Assembly: GCA_964016885.1 (NCBI GenBank)
Contig: OZ024742.1
Location: 341,930,001 to 341,994,000, forward strand
DNA from: Eledone cirrhosa
Lineage: Eukaryota
Direction of reading: 5' to 3'
DNA length: 64,000 nt
The notes under the pieces were generated by a model. That model did no database searches, was not told the origin of the DNA, and saw only the letters and a program-made list of their open reading frames with translations. Shown one piece after another: positions 15,001-30,000 of this stretch. The stretch's first letter is position 1. Every line of letters starts with the position of its first letter. Made by a program: the position numbers and the translations under genes.

Positions 15001-18000
15001 ATCAGTGTTCTATCGAGAGTGTTAGCTTCATTACAATATTTATTAAAACCCTGTTTCACTCTACACATTACATCAGTGCTCTATCGAGAGTGTTAGCTTC
15101 ATTACAATATTTAGTAAAACCCTGTTTCACGCTACACGGTACATCAGTACTCTATCGAGAGTGTTAGCTTCATTACAATATTTATTAAAACCCAGTTTCA
15201 CTCTACACGGTGCATCAGTGTTCTATCGAGAGTGTTAGCTTTATTACAATATTTATTAAAACCCTGTTTCACTCTACACGGTACATCAGTGTTCTATCGA
15301 GAGTGTTAGCTTCATTACAATATTTAGTAAAACCCTGTTTCACTCTACACGGTACATCAGTGTTCTATCGAGAGTGTTAGCTTCATTACAATATTTAGTA
15401 AAACTCTGTTTCACGCTACACGGTACATCAGTGTTCTATCGGGAGTGTTAGCTTCATTACAATATTTAGTAAAACCCTGTTTCACCCTAAACGGTACATC
15501 AGTGTTCTATCGGGAGTGTTAGCTTCATTACAATATTTAGTAAAACCCTGTTACACGCTACACGGTACATCAGTGCTCTATCGAGAGTATTAGCTTCATT
15601 ACAATATTTAGTAAAACCCTGTTTCACGCTACACGGTACATCAGTGCTCTATCGAGAGTGTTAGCTTCATTACAATATTTATGAAAACCCTGTTTCACTC
15701 TACACGGTACATGACTGTTCTATCGAGAGTTTTAGCTTCATTACAATATTTAGTAAAACCCTGTTTCTCTCTATACGGTACATCAGTGCTCTATCGAGAG
15801 TGTTAGCTTCATTACAATATTCATTAAAACCCTGTTTCACTCTACACGGTACATCAGTGCTCTATCGAGAGTGTTAGCATTATAACAATATTTATTAAAA
15901 CCCTGTTTCACTCTACACGGTACATCAGTGTTCTATCGAGAGTGTTAACTTCATTACAATATTTAGTAAAACCCTGTTTCACTCTACGCGGTACATCAGT
16001 GTTCTATCGAGAGTATAGCTTCATTACAATATTTAGTAAAACCCTGTTTCACTCTAAACGGTACATCAGTGCTCTATCGAGAGTGTTAGCTTCATTACAA
16101 TATTTAGTAAAACCCTGTTTCACTCTACACGGTACACCAGTGTTCTATCGAGAGTGTTAGCTTCATTACAATATTTATTAAAACCCTGTTTCACTCTACA
16201 CGGTACATCAGTGCTCTATCGAGAGTGTTAGCTTCATTACAATATTTAGTAAAACCCTGTTTCACTCTACACGGTACATCAGTGCTCTATCGAGAGTGTT
16301 AGCTTCGTTACAATATTTAGTAAAACCCTGTTTCACTCTACACGGTACACCAGTGTTCTATCGAGAGTGTTAGCTTCATTACAATATTTATTAAAATCCT
16401 GTTTCACTCTACACGGTACATCAGTGTGCTATCGAGAGTGTTAGCTTCATTACAATATTTAGTAAAAACCTGTTTCACTCTACACGGTACATCAGTGTGC
16501 TATTGTGAGTTTTAGCTTTATAACAATATTTATTAAAACCCTGTTTCACTCTACACGGTACATCAGTGTTCTATCGAGAGTGTTAGCTTCATTACAATAT
16601 TTATTAACACCCTGTTTCACTCTTCACGGTACATCAGTGCTCTATCGAGAGTGTTAACTTCATTACAATATTTAGTAAAACCCTGTTTCACTCTACGCGG
16701 TACATCAGTGTTCTATCGAGAGTATAGCTTCATTACAATATTTATTAAAACCCTGTTTCACTCTACACGATACATCAGTGCTCTATCGAGAGTGTTAGCT
16801 TCATTACAATATTTAGTAAAACCCTGTTTCACTCTAAACGGTACATCAGTGCTCTATCGAGAGTGTTAGCTTCATTACAATATTTAGTAAAACCCTGTTT
16901 CACTCTACACGGTACACCAGTGTTCTATCCAGAGTGTTAGCTTCATTACAATATTTATTAAAACCCTGTTTCACTCTACACGGTACATCAGTGCTCTATC
17001 GAGAGTGTTAGCTTCATTACAATATTTAGTAAAACCCTGTTTCACTCGACACGGTACGCCAGTGTTCTATCGAGAGTGTTAGCTTCATTACAATATTTAG
17101 TAAAACCCTCTTTCACCCTACACGGTACATCAGTAGTCTATCGAGAGTGTTAGCTTCATTACAATATTTATTAAAACCCTGATTCACTCTACACGGTACA
17201 TCAGTGCTCTATCGAGAGCGTTAGCTTCTTTACAATATTTATTAAAACCCTGTTTCACTCTACACGGTACAACAGTGTTCTATCGAGAGTGTTAGCTTCA
17301 TTACAATATTTATTAAAACGCTGTTTCACTCTACACGGTACATCAGTGTTCTATCGAGAGTGTTAGCTTCATTACAATATTTAGTAAAACCCTGTTTCAC
17401 ACTATACGGTACATCAGTGTTCTATCGGGAGTGTTAGCTTCATTACAATATTTAGTAAAACCCTGTTTCACTCTACACGGTACACCAGTGTTTTATCGGG
17501 AGTGTTAGCTTCATTACAATATTTAGTAAAACCCTGTTTCACTCTACACGGTACATCAGTGTTCTATCGAGAGTGTTAGCTTCATTACAATATTTATTAA
17601 AACCCTGTTTCACTCTACACGGTACATCACTGTTCTATCGATATTTTTAGTTTCATTACAATATTTAGTAAACCGTTTCACTCTACACGGTACATCAGTG
17701 CTCTATCGAGAGTGTTAGCTTCATTACAATATTTAGTAAAACCCAGTTTCACTCTACACGGTACATCAGTGTTCTATCGAGAGTGTTAGCTTTATTACAA
17801 TATTTATTAAAACCCTGTTTCACTCTACACGGTACATCAGTGTTCTATCGAGAGTGTTAGCTTCATTACAATATTTATTAAAGCCCTGTTTCACTCTACA
17901 CGGTACATCAGTTTTCTATCGAGAGTGTTAGCTTCATTACAATATTTATTAAAACCCTGTTTCACTCTACACGGTACATCAGTGCTCTATCGAGAGTGTT

Positions 18001-21000
18001 AGCTTCATTACAATATTTAGTAAAACCCTCTTTCACCCTACACGGTACATCAGTACTCTATCGAGAGTGTTAGCTTCATTACAATATTTATTAAAACCCA
18101 GTTTCACTCTACACGGTACATCAGTGCTCTATCGAGAGTGTTAGCTTCATTACAATATTTAGTAAAACCCTGTTTCACTCTACACGGTACATCAGCGTTC
18201 TATCGAGAATGTAGCTTCATTACAATATTTATTAAAACCCAGTTTCACTCTACACGGTACGTCAGTGCTCTATCGAGAGTGTTAGCTTCATTACGATATT
18301 TATTAAAACCCTGTTTCACTCTACACGGTACATCAGTGTTCTATCGAGAGTGTTAGCTTCATTACAATATTTATTAAAACCCTGTTTCACTCTACACGGT
18401 ACATCAGTGCTCTATCGAGAGTGTTAGCTTCATTACAATATATAGTAAAACCCTGTTTCACGCTACACGGTACACCAGTGCTCTATCGGGAGTGTTAGCT
18501 TCATTACAATATTTAGTAAAACCCTGTTTCACCCTACACGGTACATCAGTGTTCTATCGAGAGTGTTAGCTTCATTACAATATTTATTAAAACTCTGTTT
18601 CACTCTAAACGTTACATCAGTGTTCTATAGAGAATGTTAGCTTCATTACAATATTTAGTAAATCCCTGTTTCACTCTACACGGTACACTAGTGTTCTATC
18701 GAGAGTGTTAGCTTCATTCCAATATTTAGTAAATCCCTGTTTCACTCTACACGGTACACCAGTGTTCTATCGAGAGTGTTAGCTTCATTACAATATTTAT
18801 TAAAACCCTGTTTCACTCTACACGGTACACCAGCCTTCTATGGAGAGTGTTAACTTCATTACAATATTTATTAAAACCCTGTTTCACTCTACACGGTACA
18901 TCAGTGCTCTATCGAAAGCGTTAGCTTCTTTACAATATTTATTAAAACCCTGTTTCCCTCTACACGATACATCAGTGTTCTATCGAGAGTGTAGCTTCAT
19001 TACAATATTTATTAAAACCCTGTTTCAGTCTACACGGTACATCAGTGCTCTATCGAGAGTGTTAGCTTCATTACAATATTTAGTAAGACCCTGTTTCACT
19101 CTACACGGTACATCAGTGCTCTATCTAGAGTGTTAGCTTCATTACAATATTTATTAAAACCCTGTTTCACTCTACACGGTACACCAGTGTTCTATCGAGA
19201 GTGTTAGCTTCATTACAATATTTAGTAAAACCCTGTTTCACTCTACACGGTACACCAGCCTTCTATGGAGAGTGTTAACTTCATTACAATATTTATTAAA
19301 ACCCTGTTTCACTCTACACGGTACATCAGTGTTCTATCGAGAGTGTTAGCTTCATTACAATATTTATTAAAACCCTGTTTAACTCTACACGGTACATCAG
19401 TGCTCTATCGAGAGTGTTAGCTTCATTACAATATTTAGTAAAACCCTGTTTCACTCTACACGATACATCAGTGTTCTATCGAGAGTGTAGCTTCATTACA
19501 ATATTTATTAAAACCCTGTTTCACTCTACACAGTACATCAGTGCTCTATCGAGAGTGTTAGCTTCATTACAATATTTAGTAAAACCCTGTTTCACTCTAC
19601 ACGGTACACCAGCCTTCTATGGAGAGTGTTAACTTCATTACAATATTTATTAAAACCCTGTTTCACTCTACACGGTACATCAGTGCTCTATCGAGAGTGT
19701 TAGCTTGATTACAATATTTATTAAAACCCTGTTTCACTCTACACGGTACATCACTGTTCTATCGAGAGTTTTAGCTTCATTACAATATTTAGTAAAACCG
19801 TTTCACTCTACGCGGTACATCAGTGTTCTATCTAGAGTTTTAGCTTCATTACAATATTTAGTAAAACCGTTTCACTCTACGCGGTACATCAGTGTTCTAT
19901 CGAGAGTGTTAGCTTCATTACAATATTTATTAAAACCCTGTTTCACTCTACACGGTACATCAGTGCTCTATCGAGAGTGTTAGCTTCATTACAATATTTA
20001 GTAAAACCCTGTTTCACTCTACACGGTACATCAGTGTTCTATCGAGAGTGTTAGCTTCATTACAATATTTAGTAAAACCCTGTTTCACCCTACACGGTAC
20101 ATCAGTACTCTATCGAGAGTGTTAGCTTCATTACAATATTTATTAAAACCCTGTTTCACTCTACACGGTACATCAGTGCTCTATCGAGAGTGTTAGCTTC
20201 ATTACAATATTTAGTAAAACCCTGTTTCACTCTACACGGTACATCAGCGTTCTATCGAGAGTGTAGCTTCATTACAATATTTATTAAAACCTGTTTCACT
20301 CTACACGGTACATCAGTGTTCTATCGAGAGTGTTAGCTTCATTACAATATTTATTAAAACTCTGTTTCACTCTAAACGTTACATCAGTGTTCTATCGAGA
20401 ATGTTAGCTTCATTACAATATTTAGTAAATCCCTGTTTCACTCTACACGGTACACCAGTGTTCTATCGAGAGTGTTAGCTTCATTCCAATATTTATTAAA
20501 ACCCTGTTTCACTCTACACGGTACATCACTGTTCTATCGAGAGTTTTAGCTTCATTACAATATTTAGTAAAACCCTGTTTCACTCTACACGGTACATCAG
20601 TGCTCTATCGAGAGTGTTAGCTTCATTCCAATATTTAGTAAAACCTTGTTTCACTCTACACGGTACATCAGTGTTCTATCGAGAGTTTTAGCTTCATTAC
20701 AATATTTAGTAAAACCCTGTTTCACTCCACACGGTACACCAGCCTTCTATGGAGATTGTTAACTTCATTACAATATTTATTAAAACCCTGTTTCACTCTA
20801 CACGGTACATCAGTGCTCTATCGAGAGTGTTAGCTTCATTACAATATTTAGTAAAACCCTGTTTCACTCTACACGGTACATCAGTGCTCTATCGAAAGCG
20901 TTAGCTTCTTTACAATATTTATTAAAACCCTGTTTCCCTCTACACGATACATCAGTGTTCTATCGAGAGTGTAGCTTCATTACAATATTTATTAAAACCC

Positions 21001-24000
21001 TGTTTCACTCTACACGGTACATCAGTGCTCTATCGAGAGTGTTAGCTTCATTACAATATTTAGTAAAACCCTGTTTCACTCTACACGGTACATCAGTGCT
21101 CTATCTAGAGTGTTAGCTTCATTACAATATTTATTAAAACCCTGTTTCACTCTACACGGTACACCAGTGTTCTATCGAGAGTGTTAGCTTCATTACAATA
21201 TTTAGTAAAACCCTGTTTCACTCTACACGGTACACCAGCCTTCTATGGAGAGTGTTAACTTCATTACAATATTTATTAAAACCCTGTTTCACTCTACACG
21301 GTACATCAGTGTTCTATCGAGAGTGTTAGCTTCATTACAATATTTATTAAAACCCTGTTTAACTCTACACGGTACATCAGTGCTCTATCGAGAGTGTTAG
21401 CTTCATTACAATATTTAGTAAAACCCTGTTTCACTCTACACGGTACATCACTGTTCTATCGAGAGTTTTAGCTTCATTACAATATTTAGTAAAACCGTTT
21501 CACTCTACGCGGTACATCAGTGTTCTATCTAGAGTTTTAGCTTCATTACAATATTTAGTAAAACCGTTTCACTCTACGCGGTACATCAGTGTTCTATCGA
21601 GAGTGTTAGCTTCATTACAATATTTATTAAAACCCTGTTTCACTCTACACGGTACATCAGTGCTCTATCGAGAGTGTTAGCTTCATTACAATATTTAGTA
21701 AAACCCTGTTTCACTCTACACGGTACATCAGTGTTCTATCGAGAGTGTTAGCTTCATTACAATATTTAGTAAAACCCTGTTTCACCCTACACGGTACATC
21801 AGTACTCTATCGAGAGTGTTAGCTTCATTACAATATTTATTAAAACCCTGTTTCACTCTACACGGTACATCAGTGCTCTATCGAGAGTGTTAGCTTCATT
21901 ACAATATTTAGTAAAACCCTGTTTCACTCTACACGGTACATCAGCGTTCTATCGAGAGTGTAGCTTCATTACAATATTTATTAAAACCTGTTTCACTCTA
22001 CACGGTACATCAGTGTTCTATCGAGAGTGTTAGCTTCATTACAATATTTATTAAAACTCTGTTTCACTCTAAACGTTACATCAGTGTTCTATCGAGAATG
22101 TTAGCTTCATTACAATATTTAGTAAATCCCTGTTTCACTCTACACGGTACACCAGTGTTCTATCGAGAGTGTTAGCTTCATTCCAATATTTATTAAAACC
22201 CTGTTTCACTCTACACGGTACATCAGTGTTCTATCGAGAGTGTTAGCTTCATTACAATATTTAGTAAAACCCTGTTTCACTCTACACGGTACATCAGTGT
22301 TCTATCGAGAGTGTTAGCTTCATTACAATATTTAGTAAAACTCTGTTTCACGCTACACGGTACATCAGTGTTCTATCGGGAGTGTTAGCTTCATTACAAT
22401 ATTTAGTAAAACCCTGTTTCACCCTAAACGGTACATCAGTGTTCTATCGGGAGTGTTAGCTTCATTACAATATTTAGTAAAACCCTGTTACACGCTACAC
22501 GGTACATCAGTGCTCTATCGAGAGTATTAGCTTCATTACAATATTTAGTAAAACCCTGTTTCACGCTACACGGTACATCAGTGCTCTATCGAGAGTGTTA
22601 GCTTCATTACAATATTTATGAAAACCCTGTTTCACTCTACACGGTACATGACTGTTCTATCGAGAGTTTTAGCTTCATTACAATATTTAGTAAAACCCTG
22701 TTTCTCTCTATACGGTACATCAGTGCTCTATCGAGAGTGTTAGCTTCATTACAATATTCATTAAAACCCTGTTTCACTCTACACGGTACATCAGTGCTCT
22801 ATCGAGAGTGTTAGCATTATAACAATATTTATTAAAACCCTGTTTCACTCTACACGGTACATCAGTGTTCTATCGAGAGTGTTAACTTCATTACAATATT
22901 TAGTAAAACCCTGTTTCACTCTACGCGGTACATCAGTGTTCTATCGAGAGTATAGCTTCATTACAATATTTAGTAAAACCCTGTTTCACTCTAAACGGTA
23001 CATCAGTGCTCTATCGAGAGTGTTAGCTTCATTACAATATTTAGTAAAACCCTGTTTCACTCTACACGGTACACCAGTGTTCTATCGAGAGTGTTAGCTT
23101 CATTACAATATTTATTAAAACCCTGTTTCACTCTACACGGTACATCAGTGCTCTATCGAGAGTGTTAGCTTCATTACAATATTTAGTAAAACCCTGTTTC
23201 ACTCTACACGGTACATCAGTGCTCTATCGAGAGTGTTAGCTTCATTACAATATTTAGTAAAACCCTGTTTCACTCTACACGGTACACCAGTGTTCTATCG
23301 AGAGTGTTAGCTTCATTACAATATTTATTAAAATCCTGTTTCACTCTACACGGTACATCAGTGTGCTATCGAGAGTGTTAGCTTCATTACAATATTTAGT
23401 AAAAACCTGTTTCACTCTACACGGTACATCAGTGTGCTATTGTGAGTTTTAGCTTTATAACAATATTTATTAAAACCCTGTTTCACTCTACACGGTACAT
23501 CAGTGTTCTATCGAGAGTGTTAGCTTCATTACAATATTTATTAACACCCTGTTTCACTCTTCACGGTACATCAGTGCTCTATCGAGAGTGTTAACTTCAT
23601 TACAATATTTAGTAAAACCCTGTTTCACTCTACGCGGTACATCAGTGTTCTATCGAGAGTATAGCTTCATTACAATATTTATTAAAACCCTGTTTCACTC
23701 TACACGATACATCAGTGCTCTATCGAGAGTGTTAGCTTCATTACAATATTTAGTAAAACCCTGTTTCACTCTAAACGGTACATCAGTGCTCTATCGAGAG
23801 TGTTAGCTTCATTACAATATTTAGTAAAACCCTGTTTCACTCTACACGGTACACCAGTGTTCTATCCAGAGTGTTAGCTTCATTACAATATTTATTAAAA
23901 CCCTGTTTCACTCTACACGGTACATCAGTGCTCTATCGAGAGTGTTAGCTTCATTACAATATTTAGTAAAACCCTGTTTCACTCGACACGGTACGCCAGT

Positions 24001-27000
24001 GTTCTATCGAGAGTGTTAGCTTCATTACAATATTTAGTAAAACCCTCTTTCACCCTACACGGTACATCAGTAGTCTATCGAGAGTGTTAGCTTCATTACA
24101 ATATTTATTAAAACCCTGATTCACTCTACACGGTACATCAGTGCTCTATCGAGAGCGTTAGCTTCTTTACAATATTTATTAAAACCCTGTTTCACTCTAC
24201 ACGGTACAACAGTGTTCTATCGAGAGTGTTAGCTTCATTACAATATTTATTAAAACGCTGTTTCACTCTACACGGTACATCAGTGTTCTATCGAGAGTGT
24301 TAGCTTCATTACAATATTTAGTAAAACCCTGTTTCACACTATACGGTACATCAGTGTTCTATCGGGAGTGTTAGCTTCATTACAATATTTAGTAAAACCC
24401 TGTTTCACTCTACACGGTACACCAGTGTTTTATCGGGAGTGTTAGCTTCATTACAATATTTAGTAAAACCCTGTTTCACTCTACACGGTACATCAGTGTT
24501 CTATCGAGAGTGTTAGCTTCATTACAATATTTATTAAAACCCTGTTTCACTCTACACGGTACATCACTGTTCTATCGATATTTTTAGTTTCATTACAATA
24601 TTTAGTAAACCGTTTCACTCTACACGGTACATCAGTGCTCTATCGAGAGTGTTAGCTTCATTACAATATTTAGTAAAACCCAGTTTCACTCTACACGGTA
24701 CATCAGTGTTCTATCGAGAGTGTTAGCTTTATTACAATATTTATTAAAACCCTGTTTCACTCTACACGGTACATCAGTGTTCTATCGAGAGTGTTAGCTT
24801 CATTACAATATTTATTAAAGCCCTGTTTCACTCTACACGGTACATCAGTTTTCTATCGAGAGTGTTAGCTTCATTACAATATTTATTAAAACCCTGTTTC
24901 ACTCTACACGGTACATCAGTGCTCTATCGAGAGTGTTAGCTTCATTACAATATTTAGTAAAACCCTCTTTCACCCTACACGGTACATCAGTACTCTATCG
25001 AGAGTGTTAGCTTCATTACAATATTTATTAAAACCCAGTTTCACTCTACACGGTACATCAGTGCTCTATCGAGAGTGTTAGCTTCATTACAATATTTAGT
25101 AAAACCCTGTTTCACTCTACACGGTACATCAGCGTTCTATCGAGAATGTAGCTTCATTACAATATTTATTAAAACCCAGTTTCACTCTACACGGTACGTC
25201 AGTGCTCTATCGAGAGTGTTAGCTTCATTACGATATTTATTAAAACCCTGTTTCACTCTACACGGTACATCAGTGTTCTATCGAGAGTGTTAGCTTCATT
25301 ACAATATTTATTAAAACCCTGTTTCACTCTACACGGTACATCAGTGCTCTATCGAGAGTGTTAGCTTCATTACAATATATAGTAAAACCCTGTTTCACGC
25401 TACACGGTACACCAGTGCTCTATCGGGAGTGTTAGCTTCATTACAATATTTAGTAAAACCCTGTTTCACCCTACACGGTACATCAGTGTTCTATCGAGAG
25501 TGTTAGCTTCATTACAATATTTATTAAAACTCTGTTTCACTCTAAACGTTACATCAGTGTTCTATAGAGAATGTTAGCTTCATTACAATATTTAGTAAAT
25601 CCCTGTTTCACTCTACACGGTACACTAGTGTTCTATCGAGAGTGTTAGCTTCATTCCAATATTTAGTAAATCCCTGTTTCACTCTACACGGTACACCAGT
25701 GTTCTATCGAGAGTGTTAGCTTCATTACAATATTTATTAAAACCCTGTTTCACTCTACACGGTACACCAGCCTTCTATGGAGAGTGTTAACTTCATTACA
25801 ATATTTATTAAAACCCTGTTTCACTCTACACGGTACATCAGTGCTCTATCGAAAGCGTTAGCTTCTTTACAATATTTATTAAAACCCTGTTTCCCTCTAC
25901 ACGATACATCAGTGTTCTATCGAGAGTGTAGCTTCATTACAATATTTATTAAAACCCTGTTTCAGTCTACACGGTACATCAGTGCTCTATCGAGAGTGTT
26001 AGCTTCATTACAATATTTAGTAAGACCCTGTTTCACTCTACACGGTACATCAGTGCTCTATCTAGAGTGTTAGCTTCATTACAATATTTATTAAAACCCT
26101 GTTTCACTCTACACGGTACACCAGTGTTCTATCGAGAGTGTTAGCTTCATTACAATATTTAGTAAAACCCTGTTTCACTCTACACGGTACACCAGCCTTC
26201 TATGGAGAGTGTTAACTTCATTACAATATTTATTAAAACCCTGTTTCACTCTACACGGTACATCAGTGTTCTATCGAGAGTGTTAGCTTCATTACAATAT
26301 TTATTAAAACCCTGTTTAACTCTACACGGTACATCAGTGCTCTATCGAGAGTGTTAGCTTCATTACAATATTTAGTAAAACCCTGTTTCACTCTACACGA
26401 TACATCAGTGTTCTATCGAGAGTGTAGCTTCATTACAATATTTATTAAAACCCTGTTTCACTCTACACAGTACATCAGTGCTCTATCGAGAGTGTTAGCT
26501 TCATTACAATATTTAGTAAAACCCTGTTTCACTCTACACGGTACACCAGCCTTCTATGGAGAGTGTTAACTTCATTACAATATTTATTAAAACCCTGTTT
26601 CACTCTACACGGTACATCAGTGCTCTATCGAGAGTGTTAGCTTGATTACAATATTTATTAAAACCCTGTTTCACTCTACACGGTACATCACTGTTCTATC
26701 GAGAGTTTTAGCTTCATTACAATATTTAGTAAAACCGTTTCACTCTACGCGGTACATCAGTGTTCTATCTAGAGTTTTAGCTTCATTACAATATTTAGTA
26801 AAACCGTTTCACTCTACGCGGTACATCAGTGTTCTATCGAGAGTGTTAGCTTCATTACAATATTTATTAAAACCCTGTTTCACTCTACACGGTACATCAG
26901 TGCTCTATCGAGAGTGTTAGCTTCATTACAATATTTAGTAAAACCCTGTTTCACTCTACACGGTACATCAGTGTTCTATCGAGAGTGTTAGCTTCATTAC

Positions 27001-30000
27001 AATATTTAGTAAAACCCTGTTTCACCCTACACGGTACATCAGTACTCTATCGAGAGTGTTAGCTTCATTACAATATTTATTAAAACCCTGTTTCACTCTA
27101 CACGGTACATCAGTGCTCTATCGAGAGTGTTAGCTTCATTACAATATTTAGTAAAACCCTGTTTCACTCTACACGGTACATCAGCGTTCTATCGAGAGTG
27201 TAGCTTCATTACAATATTTATTAAAACCTGTTTCACTCTACACGGTACATCAGTGTTCTATCGAGAGTGTTAGCTTCATTACAATATTTATTAAAACTCT
27301 GTTTCACTCTAAACGTTACATCAGTGTTCTATCGAGAATGTTAGCTTCATTACAATATTTAGTAAATCCCTGTTTCACTCTACACGGTACACCAGTGTTC
27401 TATCGAGAGTGTTAGCTTCATTCCAATATTTATTAAAACCCTGTTTCACTCTACACGGTACATCACTGTTCTATCGAGAGTTTTAGCTTCATTACAATAT
27501 TTAGTAAAACCCTGTTTCACTCTACACGGTACATCAGTGCTCTATCGAGAGTGTTAGCTTCATTCCAATATTTAGTAAAACCTTGTTTCACTCTACACGG
27601 TACATCAGTGTTCTATCGAGAGTTTTAGCTTCATTACAATATTTAGTAAAACCCTGTTTCACTCCACACGGTACACCAGCCTTCTATGGAGATTGTTAAC
27701 TTCATTACAATATTTATTAAAACCCTGTTTCACTCTACACGGTACATCAGTGCTCTATCGAGAGTGTTAGCTTCATTACAATATTTAGTAAAACCCTGTT
27801 TCACTCTACACGGTACATCAGTGCTCTATCGAAAGCGTTAGCTTCTTTACAATATTTATTAAAACCCTGTTTCCCTCTACACGATACATCAGTGTTCTAT
27901 CGAGAGTGTAGCTTCATTACAATATTTATTAAAACCCTGTTTCACTCTACACGGTACATCAGTGCTCTATCGAGAGTGTTAGCTTCATTACAATATTTAG
28001 TAAAACCCTGTTTCACTCTACACGGTACATCAGTGCTCTATCTAGAGTGTTAGCTTCATTACAATATTTATTAAAACCCTGTTTCACTCTACACGGTACA
28101 CCAGTGTTCTATCGAGAGTGTTAGCTTCATTACAATATTTAGTAAAACCCTGTTTCACTCTACACGGTACACCAGCCTTCTATGGAGAGTGTTAACTTCA
28201 TTACAATATTTATTAAAACCCTGTTTCACTCTACACGGTACATCAGTGTTCTATCGAGAGTGTTAGCTTCATTACAATATTTATTAAAACCCTGTTTAAC
28301 TCTACACGGTACATCAGTGCTCTATCGAGAGTGTTAGCTTCATTACAATATTTAGTAAAACCCTGTTTCACTCTACACGGTACATCACTGTTCTATCGAG
28401 AGTTTTAGCTTCATTACAATATTTAGTAAAACCGTTTCACTCTACGCGGTACATCAGTGTTCTATCTAGAGTTTTAGCTTCATTACAATATTTAGTAAAA
28501 CCGTTTCACTCTACGCGGTACATCAGTGTTCTATCGAGAGTGTTAGCTTCATTACAATATTTATTAAAACCCTGTTTCACTCTACACGGTACATCAGTGC
28601 TCTATCGAGAGTGTTAGCTTCATTACAATATTTAGTAAAACCCTGTTTCACTCTACACGGTACATCAGTGTTCTATCGAGAGTGTTAGCTTCATTACAAT
28701 ATTTAGTAAAACCCTGTTTCACCCTACACGGTACATCAGTACTCTATCGAGAGTGTTAGCTTCATTACAATATTTATTAAAACCCTGTTTCACTCTACAC
28801 GGTACATCAGTGCTCTATCGAGAGTGTTAGCTTCATTACAATATTTAGTAAAACCCTGTTTCACTCTACACGGTACATCAGCGTTCTATCGAGAGTGTAG
28901 CTTCATTACAATATTTATTAAAACCTGTTTCACTCTACACGGTACATCAGTGTTCTATCGAGAGTGTTAGCTTCATTACAATATTTATTAAAACTCTGTT
29001 TCACTCTAAACGTTACATCAGTGTTCTATCGAGAATGTTAGCTTCATTACAATATTTAGTAAATCCCTGTTTCACTCTACACGGTACACCAGTGTTCTAT
29101 CGAGAGTGTTAGCTTCATTCCAATATTTATTAAAACCCTGTTTCACTCTACACGGTACATCACTGTTCTATCGAGAGTTTTAGCTTCATTACAATATTTA
29201 GTAAAACCCTGTTTCACTCTACACGGTACATCAGTGCTCTATCGAGAGTGTTAGCTTCATTCCAATATTTAGTAAAACCTTGTTTCACTCTACACGGTAC
29301 ATCAGTGTTCTATCGAGAGTTTTAGCTTCATTACAATATTTAGTAAAACCCTGTTTCACTCCACACGGTACACCAGCCTTCTATGGAGATTGTTAACTTC
29401 ATTACAATATTTATTAAAACCCTGTTTCACTCTACACGGTACATCAGTGCTCTATCGAGAGTGTTAGCTTCATTACAATATTTAGTAAAACCCTGTTTCA
29501 CTCTACACGGTACATCAGTGCTCTATCGAGAGTGTTAGCTTCATTACAATATTTATTAAAACCCTGTTTCACTCTACACGGTACACCAGTGCTCTATCGA
29601 AAGCGTTAGCTTCTTTACAATATTTATTAAAACCCTGTTTCACTCTACACGATACATCAGTGTTCTATCGAGAGTGTAGCTTCATTACAATATTTATTAA
29701 AACCCTGTTTCATTCTACACGGTACATCAGTGCTCTATCGAGAGTGTTAGCTTCATTACAATATTTAGTAAAACCCTGTTTCACTCTACACGGTACATCA
29801 GTGCTCTATCGAGAGTGTTAGCTTCATTACAATATTTATTAAAACCCTGTTTCACTCTACACGGTACACCAGTGTTCTATCGAGAGTGTTAGCTTCATTA
29901 CAATATTTAGTAAAACCCTGTTTCACTCTACACGGTACACCAGCCTTCTATGGAGAGTGTTAACTTCATTACAATATTTATTAAAACCCTGTTTCACTCT